64,000 nt of DNA from an uncultured Bacteroides sp. (GTDB lineage Bacteria; Bacteroidota; Bacteroidia; Bacteroidales; Bacteroidaceae): NCBI GenBank assembly GCA_944321465.1, contig CALULL010000004.1:21451-85450 (forward strand), read 5' to 3'. The position numbers and the translations under genes are program-made. This document shows, in pieces, positions 36,564-43,813 of the stretch; the first letter of the stretch is position 1; each line of letters begins with the position of its first letter. The notes under the pieces were generated by a model. That model saw only the letters and a list, made by a program, of their open reading frames with translations. It made no database searches and was not told where the DNA came from.

Positions 36564-37157
36564 CTAAAACACATAGATGAGGCTCAACGCAGCCTTGGTA
36601 GGCCCGAGGTAATTGCTGTGGTCGGACTTGAGCCGCTCGCCACAGTCGCCGCAGACGAACTTGTCGTACTTTATGTAGTCGTAGCCCAGGCCCAGCGAAG
36701 CCTCGAAGTTCCAGTGACGGGCCAGCATCCACTGGTAGCCCACGGTGATGCCGCCCCCGGCGTACCAGCCCTCGTAGCGGTGCTGCCGCAGGCCGTCGAG
36801 GATGCCCAGGGGGAGGTCCACCCCGGAGGCGTTGAACTCGCCCCCCATGAGGTGTGCGCCGAGAAACCAGCCGTTGAAACTCTCGCAGAACCAGTAGCGG
36901 TACTCGGGCTGCAAGGCCCAGTGGCGCAGGCTCTTGCCCGAGGGCGACCGCCAAGGGTTCAGCCCGTAGAACAGCTGCACGCTGTGCTTGCGGGCAAAGG
37001 AGACTTCCAGCCCCAGGTTGGGGGTGGTGGTGGCCCAGTAGAGCACGTTGGTCTTGAGCGCCACGTTTTGCGCCGAGGCCGTGGCACAGACACCCGCCAG
37101 GCCAAAGAGGGCAAGCAGCGCGACACGTCTTACCCGTCTGAAGTGTTCTGTCTTCAT
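36564..37157 (-). CDS. DUF3575 domain outer-membrane protein
   Basis: Signal peptide MKTEHFRRVRRVALLALFGLAGVCATASAQ, then NVALKTNVLYWATTTPNLGLEVSFARKHSVQLFYGLNPW. ATG at 37157 chosen inside track ORF 36564..37397. Confidence 0.8.
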   Translation of the reverse strand: MKTEHFRRVRRVALLALFGLAGVCATASAQNVALKTNVLYWATTTPNLGLEVSFARKHSVQLFYGLNPWRSPSGKSLRHWALQPEYRYWFCESFNGWFLGAHLMGGEFNASGVDLPLGILDGLRQHRYEGWYAGGGITVGYQWMLARHWNFEASLGLGYDYIKYDKFVCGDCGERLKSDHSNYLGPTKAALSLIYVF

Positions 37158-37544
37158 AAACGAATGCATTAGTGTATAGACTATTATAACCATCCTGACA
37201 TGCCCGACGCAAAAGGCCAACGCTGTTGGCACGGGACGCGGCAATGCTTCGCCTTCCATCGCCGCCCGTCCGCATCCTGCCTCGGACGCCATACAACGAA
37301 AACAGCCGCCCGCCGTCCGTCCCCGGAACGCCCGCCCGACACAAGCCACACAAGCCTCCAAGCCGCTGCCGCACGGCCTCTGTCTTCGTATTGCCACGAT
37401 TGCTCTATTGACTATCCTGCGTTTCTTCTTCCTTCATTGGCCGCCAAGGCTGCATCCTGCGCCCGGCAACCGGACCCTTATTCTGTTTCTTACTCACCAA
37501 AGAAACACCTGTCCTATAATAGCAATCTTTCATTTCCCGATAGC

Positions 37545-37746
37545 TCTCTTGGTAAGAGATGTATCAACACTGTAAGCACCAATATACCAACATGTTCTTT
37601 TTCTTTCTTTTCGATTTTGGTCAACAATGGCTTCATTTTCAACCCACCTTTTCTTGCCTCCACGCTCTTTTTTGTGTTAAAAGTTTGCAGGGAGACATCA
37701 CTTTTTGTTACCTTTGCGGCGTGTTGATACATCTCTTACCAAGAGA
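37545..37746. promoter_or_regulatory. candidate invertible DNA switch: 26-bp perfect inverted repeats flanking a 150-bp promoter-bearing segment
   Basis: TCTCTTGGTAAGAGATGTATCAACAC at 37545-37570. Its exact reverse complement GTGTTGATACATCTCTTACCAAGAGA at 37721-37746. The interior is AT-rich and non-coding. Confidence 0.6.
37684..37716 (+). promoter_or_regulatory. Bacteroidetes consensus promoter inside the switch (-33 TTTG, -7 TACCTTTG), currently reading rightwards
   Basis: TTTG at 37684-37687, a 21-nt spacer, then TACCTTTG at 37709-37716, ending 4 nt before the right inverted repeat. Confidence 0.55.
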
Positions 37747-37800
37747 AGTCATAGGGAAAAGGCACAATTGACAAGAGCCTAAGACTTTACCAAACCCCAC

Positions 37801-37821
37801 TACATCTCTTACCAAGAGAGC
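37801..37821. repeat. third, partial copy of the switch inverted repeat (same orientation as the right arm)
   Basis: TACATCTCTTACCAAGAGAGC matches the reverse complement of the left-arm region 37543-37563 over 21/21 nt. Confidence 0.7.
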
Positions 37822-37924
37822 CATTATTCCGACATTCCTCTCCCCTACTCTTCGAGACGGCATTTCCACCACTTCCACACTTCCAAAGCCACACGAGCAA
37901 CCTGGCGCACTTCTGCCCGCCTGG

Positions 37925-37990
37925 CAACGCACCTGCCCCCCCGCGGCAGCACACTTGTGCCCGCAAGGAGGCGAACCTATAGTGGACCGG
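37925..37990. repeat. GC-rich REP-like unit at the upstream edge of the pilus island
   Basis: CTTGTGCCCGCAAGGAGGCGAACCTATAGTGGACCGG (37954-37990) aligns with 21409-21441. The first 15 nt are identical, then a few substitutions and a 2-3 nt indel follow. Confidence 0.6.
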
Positions 37991-38180
37991 GCCGTCCTCT
38001 ACACCTTATTTATATAGTACCCCGCACGGCCTATACCCCCACCCTGCGCGGCAACCGCCGAGGACAGACAGACAAGCGGAGGCGTTATCCCATTGTCACC
38101 CGTTTGTCATAAGTCTGAAACCCTCCGATTGTTCCTTTGCGCCCGGAAAAATTGTTCAACAAACCCAAACCTCAAAACAA

Positions 38181-39614
38181 ATGAAAGGTAACGCATTAAT
38201 TTTAGGAATGCTGCTGTGCGGCTGCTGGCTGGAAGCTGCGGCACAAAGCACCGTGTTCGATTTTAGCGGACGAGTAACCGACAAGGCCGGAAAAGGCATC
38301 GCCAACGTGGTGGTGAACGACGGCTACGCCTTCACGAAGACCGACGGCAAGGGCGCATGGGCACTGACGTCGGACACCACGCGCAGCAAGTATGTCACCA
38401 TCTCGGTCCCCGCAGCCTACAACCTGCCGCAACAGGAAGGGCTGGCCGAGGGCTACTACGTGTCGGTAGGCCAGCTGGCCACGAAGGGTGGCAAACACGA
38501 CTTCGTGCTGGAGAAACGCCGCAAGCAGGAAGACTCCTTCCACTACATCGCCATCTCGGACCCGCAGGTAACCAATGCCGCCGAAATGAAACGCTGGCGG
38601 CAGGAAACGGTGCCCGACCTGAGGGAAGTCATCGACTCGCTGAAGCAGTCGCGCGAAGTAGTGATCATGACGCTGGGCGACCTGGTGCACGACAAGATGG
38701 GTCTGTACGACGAGTATAAAACGTCGGTGAAGAACACCGGGGCCGTATTCTTCCAGTGCCTCGGCAACCACGACCTCGACAAGCAGTATCAGGACCTGCA
38801 CAACATGGCCGTAGGCACACCCGTATACGCCGAAATGGTCTACAACCGCTACTTCGGCCCGACGGACTACTCGTTCAACATAGGACGGGCACACATCGTC
38901 ACCATGAAGAGCATGAACTACGTCGGCAACAGGAAGTATCAGGAAAGCATGACGGGCGACCAGATAGCCTGGCTGAAGAAGGACCTGAGCTACGTACCCA
39001 AGGGGAGCCTCGTCATCCTGAACATGCACACACCGGCCTGGAACCGCGTGACGACCGACGGCAACCTGCGCAATGCCGACGAGCTGGCCGAGGTGCTGAA
39101 GGGCTACAACGTGCACGTATTCAACGGCCATACGCACTACTTTGAGAACAGCGAGGTGACACCCACGCTCTACGAGCACAACATAGGCGCGGCCTGCGGC
39201 GCATGGTGGGCCGGATGGACCAACCGCTGCGGAGCACCCAACGGCTACATGGTGGTGGACGTGGACGGCGACCAGCTGAAGTGGCACTACAAGGGCACAC
39301 GCCGCGACTTTGCCTACCAGTTCAAACTCTACAACAAGGGAGAATTTGGAACACAAAGCAGCTTCGTGGTGGCCAACGTGTGGGACTGGGACAGCGCGTG
39401 CCGCGTGGTGTGGTATCAGGACGGCAAGCCTATGGGCGACATGGAGCAGTTTGTCGACATCGACGACACCCGCGTGAAGGAGCTTGGCCGCCGCTACCCG
39501 GGCGACCGCACCGCCCACCTGTTCCGCGCCATGCCTGCCGACGGAGCCAAGCAGATAAAGGTGGAGTTCACCAACCGCTTCGGCGAAGTCTACACGCAGA
39601 GCATAGACCTGTAA
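38181..39614 (+). CDS. secreted calcineurin-like metallophosphoesterase with an N-terminal carboxypeptidase-regulatory-like domain
   Basis: Signal peptide, GRVTDKAGKGIANVVVND (CarboxypepD_reg-like), then metallophosphatase motifs ISDPQ, GDLVHD, GNHD, NMHTP and GHTH. Confidence 0.85.
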   Translation: MKGNALILGMLLCGCWLEAAAQSTVFDFSGRVTDKAGKGIANVVVNDGYAFTKTDGKGAWALTSDTTRSKYVTISVPAAYNLPQQEGLAEGYYVSVGQLATKGGKHDFVLEKRRKQEDSFHYIAISDPQVTNAAEMKRWRQETVPDLREVIDSLKQSREVVIMTLGDLVHDKMGLYDEYKTSVKNTGAVFFQCLGNHDLDKQYQDLHNMAVGTPVYAEMVYNRYFGPTDYSFNIGRAHIVTMKSMNYVGNRKYQESMTGDQIAWLKKDLSYVPKGSLVILNMHTPAWNRVTTDGNLRNADELAEVLKGYNVHVFNGHTHYFENSEVTPTLYEHNIGAACGAWWAGWTNRCGAPNGYMVVDVDGDQLKWHYKGTRRDFAYQFKLYNKGEFGTQSSFVVANVWDWDSACRVVWYQDGKPMGDMEQFVDIDDTRVKELGRRYPGDRTAHLFRAMPADGAKQIKVEFTNRFGEVYTQSIDL

Positions 39615-39805
39615 ACGAGCCACTCCCCCGAGGACAACGGTACATCGCAAGGGCTGCTGCATCAAAATTGGCATCCTGACACAACAGCCCCCGACCAAGC
39701 CGGACACGAGCCACTCCACGCCCTTCCTCCCCACCCGACGGACGGACACCACCGCCGCCACCGCGAGGATGAGGCCGACGGAGGCGCGTGCCCGGCTTCG
39801 TCCTA

Positions 39806-39909
39806 AACCCAAATCGGTCATTAGACCACCGACTTGGGGTTTGGTTGTCTTTCTTCGGTTTTCCAAGCCTGTCATGTGCTTGATTCGGACTCTAATGACC
39901 GATTGGGGG
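39806..39909 (+). repeat. MITE-like element, copy D (104 bp, internal deletion derivative)
   Basis: The left ~65 nt are nearly identical to copy A (ATCGGTCATTAGACCACCGA.TTG.GGTTTGGTTGTCTTTCTTCGGTTTTCCAAGCC), joined directly to the right end GGACTCTAATGACCGATTGGGGG. Confidence 0.65.
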
Positions 39910-40117
39910 CAAGGGGAGGGAGGCAGGCATACCTACGAGAGAACGAGGCATGGTTTCCCGCCTGTCCTCTGGCAGAGACGGACGAGGCGCGTCCAAACAG
40001 CCGCCCGGCAGCCGCGAACATGGCCAAAGAGGGCACACGGGGACGGGTTCCGGGGACATTTCGGGAACAAGCACTGTTTTTTTCGGCATAAAATGCTGCA
40101 ATATTCATTTTTTGCCG

Positions 40118-40125
40118 TACATTTG
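40118..40125 (+). promoter_or_regulatory. Bacteroidetes -7 promoter box TACATTTG
   Basis: Matches TAnnTTTG, 53 nt upstream of the glyA ATG. Confidence 0.45.
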
Positions 40126-40177
40126 TGGCAATCTAATTACTGACAAAAACATACTTAACTCTATCCGACTACGAACA

Positions 40178-41458
40178 ATGAAAAGAGATGATTTGATTTT
40201 CGACATCATCGAAAAAGAACACCAACGTCAGCTGAAAGGTATCGAGCTGATTGCTTCCGAGAACTTTGTGAGCGACGAAGTAATGAAGGCTATGGGCTCA
40301 TGGCTCACCAATAAGTACGCCGAGGGCTATCCCGGCAAACGCTACTACGGCGGTTGCGAGGTGGTGGACCAGAGCGAACTGCTCGCCATCGAGCGCATCA
40401 AGAAGATATTCGGTGCCGAATGGGCCAACGTGCAACCCCACTCGGGTGCGCAGGCCAACGCAGCCGTATTCCTCGCAGTGCTCAACCCCGGTGACAAGTT
40501 CATGGGACTGAACCTCGCCCACGGCGGCCACCTGTCGCACGGGTCCCCCGTAAACACGTCGGGCATCATCTACACGCCTTGCGAATATAACGTGAACAAG
40601 GAGACAGGCCGCGTGGACTACGACGAGATGGAGGCAATCGCCCTGCGCGAGCGTCCGAAACTCATCATCGGCGGCGGCTCGGCCTACTCCCGCGAATGGG
40701 ACTACAAACGCATGAGAGAAATAGCCGACAAGGTGGGTGCCATCTTCATGGTGGACATGGCCCATCCGGCCGGACTGATTGCCGCCGGGCTGCTGGACAA
40801 CCCGGTGAAGTACGCCCACATCGTCACCTCGACCACGCACAAGACGCTGCGCGGCCCGCGTGGCGGCATCATCCTGATGGGCAAGGACTTCCCCAATCCC
40901 TGGGGCAAGAAGACCCCGAAGGGCGAAATCAAAATGATGTCGCAGCTGCTCGACTCGGCTGTGTTCCCCGGCATACAGGGCGGCCCGCTGGAGCACGTCA
41001 TCGCCGCCAAGGCCGTTGCCTTCAACGAAATCCTGCAACCGGAGTGGAAGGAGTACGCACTGCAGGTGAAGAAGAATGCCGCCGTGCTGGCCGAGGAGCT
41101 GCTGAAGCGTGGCTTTGACATCGTATCGGGCGGAACGGACAACCACTCTATGCTGGTAGACCTGCGCACGAAGTATCCCGACCTGACAGGCAAGGTGGCC
41201 GAAAAGGCTCTTGTATCGGCCGACATCACGGTGAACAAGAACATGGTGCCCTTTGACAGCCGCTCGGCATTCCAGACCTCGGGCATCCGCCTGGGCACGC
41301 CTGCCATCACGACACGCGGAGCTAAGGAAGACCTGATGGTAGAGATTGCCGAAATGATTGAGACGGTGCTCTCGAACATCGGCAACGAAGAGGTAATAGC
41401 CAACGTACGTGCCCGTGTCAACGAGACGATGAAGAACTACCCGCTCTTCGCCTATTAA
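40178..41458 (+). CDS. glyA: serine hydroxymethyltransferase
   Basis: [23 protein letters not shown] and the PLP-lysine region [15 protein letters not shown]. 426 aa from the ATG at 40178. Confidence 0.95.
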   Translation: MKRDDLIFDIIEKEHQRQLKGIELIASENFVSDEVMKAMGSWLTNKYAEGYPGKRYYGGCEVVDQSELLAIERIKKIFGAEWANVQPHSGAQANAAVFLAVLNPGDKFMGLNLAHGGHLSHGSPVNTSGIIYTPCEYNVNKETGRVDYDEMEAIALRERPKLIIGGGSAYSREWDYKRMREIADKVGAIFMVDMAHPAGLIAAGLLDNPVKYAHIVTSTTHKTLRGPRGGIILMGKDFPNPWGKKTPKGEIKMMSQLLDSAVFPGIQGGPLEHVIAAKAVAFNEILQPEWKEYALQVKKNAAVLAEELLKRGFDIVSGGTDNHSMLVDLRTKYPDLTGKVAEKALVSADITVNKNMVPFDSRSAFQTSGIRLGTPAITTRGAKEDLMVEIAEMIETVLSNIGNEEVIANVRARVNETMKNYPLFAY

Positions 41459-41490
41459 GCAAACGCACAAGACGACAGAAGCGAACGACA

Positions 41491-41520
41491 AAAGGCCGGA
41501 GCCTCCAAGGCTCTGGCCTT
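41491..41520. terminator. bidirectional hairpin terminator between convergent glyA and lptG-like genes
   Basis: AAGGCCGGAGCC / GGCTCTGGCCTT forms a 12-bp stem (one G-U) with a 5-nt loop. It is flanked by A-run/T-rich sequence (ACAAAA ... ATTCGTAT). Confidence 0.6.
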
Positions 41521-41549
41521 ATTCGTATACTGCCACAGCAGCCCCGGTC

Positions 41550-42686
41550 TCAACGGGGGGCTTTCCTGTAGAGGTAGAAAGCCACGAAAGCATACAGGAT
41601 GTTGGGTATCCAGACGGCCACGACCGGCGGCACATTGCCGTTGACGGCAAAAGTCGAAGCAATGGTCTGGAACAAGATGTAGGAGAAGCTCAAGGCCAGC
41701 CCGATGCCGAGGTACAGCCCCATTCCGCCCTTGCGCTTGCGGGAGGAGAGCGATGCCCCGATGAGCGTCAGGATGAACGAGGCGAACGACATGGCAATGC
41801 GCTTGTGATACTCTATCTCAAACTCCTTGATATTGGCAAAGCCGCGCTGGCGTTGACGGGCAATGTACTCGCGCAGTTCGGGGTTGGTCATCATCTCCTG
41901 CTGCTTCTTCATTATGAGGAAGTCGGCCGGTTCCATGAGAAGCATAGTGTCGAGACGGTCGCCGTGGACAATGGTCTCGCGCATACCATCCATCTGGCGT
42001 ATCATGTAGTTCTTGATGGTCCAACGATGCGTAGAAGTCGTATCGTAAGTAATGGAACGTGCCGTCAGGTGAGAAACGAGCTGCTTGCCGTCAAACTTGT
42101 CGAGCGAAAAGCGGTAACCCGTCTTGCTATAGTTCTCGAAACGGTCAATGTAGGCAATGACACCTGTGTCCACCTCCAGCTGGACATTGTGCGCCGAATT
42201 GGCCTTACGCGGCTTGTAGTACTTGTCCTCAAAGTTGATGCGCGCCACACTCCCCTTGGGAATGACGTAGGCACCCAGGCAAAACGTGACGCAGGCAATG
42301 ACGGCAGCCGAAATCATATAAGGGCGCAACAGACGCTTAAAGCTCATCCCGGCAGAGAACATGGCTATGATTTCCGAGTTCTCGGCCAACTTGGAAGTGA
42401 AGAATATTACGGCAATAAATACGAAAAGCGGACTGAACAGATTGGCAAAGTAAGGAATGAAGTTCAAGTAGTAGTCGAAGATTATGGCACTCCAAGGAGC
42501 GTCATGCGACATGAAGCGGTCCATCTTCTCGTTGAAGTCGAACACGACGGCTATGGAGATAATAAGAACTATGGCAAAGACATACGTTCCCAGAAACTTC
42601 TTGATGATGTACCAGTCCAGCAGCTTCAGAAAGCCAAACGAAGGCAACTTCACCTTCAGCCCGATGTTCCAACGCGGTTTCCTCAT
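41550..42686 (-). CDS. LptF/LptG family LPS export permease
   Basis: KLLDWYIIKKFLGTYVFAIVLIISIAVVFDFNEKMDRF N-terminus, YjgP/YjgQ topology. The ATG overlaps the tgt stop (ATGA). Confidence 0.85.
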   Translation of the reverse strand: MRKPRWNIGLKVKLPSFGFLKLLDWYIIKKFLGTYVFAIVLIISIAVVFDFNEKMDRFMSHDAPWSAIIFDYYLNFIPYFANLFSPLFVFIAVIFFTSKLAENSEIIAMFSAGMSFKRLLRPYMISAAVIACVTFCLGAYVIPKGSVARINFEDKYYKPRKANSAHNVQLEVDTGVIAYIDRFENYSKTGYRFSLDKFDGKQLVSHLTARSITYDTTSTHRWTIKNYMIRQMDGMRETIVHGDRLDTMLLMEPADFLIMKKQQEMMTNPELREYIARQRQRGFANIKEFEIEYHKRIAMSFASFILTLIGASLSSRKRKGGMGLYLGIGLALSFSYILFQTIASTFAVNGNVPPVVAVWIPNILYAFVAFYLYRKAPR

Positions 42687-43813
42687 AATCTGTTCGATAG
42701 GCGTTTAACCATGACAGACTTCCACGCAGAGAAGTCTCCTGCCAGGATGTGCTTCCGGGCTTCGCCCACCAGCCACAAGTAGAAAGCCAGGTTGTGAACG
42801 GAGGCAATCTGCATACCCAGCATCTCTTGTGCATGAAACAGGTGCCTCAGATAAGCCTTGGTGTAGAGCCGGTCGACGTAAGAGGCACCATCAGGCTCAA
42901 TGAGCGAAAAGTCGTTCTCCCACTTCTTGTTACGCATGTTCATAATGCCGTCTTTAGTAAACAGCATACCGTTGCGCCCGTTGCGGGTAGGCATCACGCA
43001 GTCGAACATGTCCACGCCGCGTTCTATGCCTTCGAGAATGTTCACCGGAGTCCCGACTCCCATCAAGTAGCGGGGTTTGTCGGTGGGCAATATGCCGTTG
43101 ACCAGTTCTATCATCTCGTACATCTTTTCGGTAGGTTCGCCCACAGCCAGACCTCCGATGGCGTTTCCGTCGGCCTCCTTCGAGGCGACGAACTCGGCGG
43201 ACTGCGTGCGCAGGTCGCGATAGACACAGCCTTGCACGATGGGGAACAGAGACTGGCGGTAGCCATATAGCGGCTCCGTCTCGTTGAAACGCCTGATGCA
43301 GCGATCCAGCCACCGATGCGTCAAGCCCAAAGACTGCTTGGCGTATTCGTAAGTAGAATCACCGGGCGGGCACTCGTCGAACGCCATCATAATGTCCGCG
43401 CCGATGATGCGCTCAATGTCCATCACCTTCTCCGGAGTAAAGATATGCTTGCTGCCATCGATATGTGAGCGAAACTCGGCCCCTTCCTCGCGCAACTTGC
43501 GGATGCCGGAAAGCGAAAACACCTGGAAACCTCCGCTGTCGGTCAACATAGGGCGGTCGAAGCCGTTGAACTTGTGCAATCCTCCTGCCTGCCTCAGGAT
43601 GTCCAGTCCCGGGCGCAGGTACAAATGGTAGGTATTGCCTAGGATAATCTGCGCCTTGATGTCGTCCTTCAGTTCGCTCAGATGCACTCCCTTGACTGTC
43701 CCTACAGTGCCCACAGGCATGAAGATGGGAGTTTCTATCTGCCCGTGGTCCGTAGTAATCAGACCGGCTCTTGCGTTGGTCTTATCGTCGGTATGTTGCA
43801 GCAAGAAAGTCAT
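42683..43813 (-). CDS. tgt: tRNA-guanine transglycosylase (queuine insertion)
   Basis: ARAGLITTDHGQIETPIFMPVGT, LTDSGGFQVFSL and the zinc-site region. The ATG at 43813 overlaps the lon stop (ATGA). Confidence 0.93.
   Translation of the reverse strand: MTFLLQHTDDKTNARAGLITTDHGQIETPIFMPVGTVGTVKGVHLSELKDDIKAQIILGNTYHLYLRPGLDILRQAGGLHKFNGFDRPMLTDSGGFQVFSLSGIRKLREEGAEFRSHIDGSKHIFTPEKVMDIERIIGADIMMAFDECPPGDSTYEYAKQSLGLTHRWLDRCIRRFNETEPLYGYRQSLFPIVQGCVYRDLRTQSAEFVASKEADGNAIGGLAVGEPTEKMYEMIELVNGILPTDKPRYLMGVGTPVNILEGIERGVDMFDCVMPTRNGRNGMLFTKDGIMNMRNKKWENDFSLIEPDGASYVDRLYTKAYLRHLFHAQEMLGMQIASVHNLAFYLWLVGEARKHILAGDFSAWKSVMVKRLSNRL

Noticed and set aside
37545-37746. A recombinase or invertase gene adjacent to the putative switch.
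   Set aside because: No integrase- or invertase-like ORF exists within the 64 kb. The switch hypothesis therefore depends on a distal enzyme, and this is flagged as a weakness rather than dropped.
37514-37771. Two small ORFs, 37514..37732 (-) and 37559..37771 (+), that both begin MYQH and contain LIHLLPRE.
   Set aside because: The shared peptides are a mirror-image artefact of translating the 26-bp inverted repeat on both strands. The region is AT-rich and promoter-like, with no coding signature.
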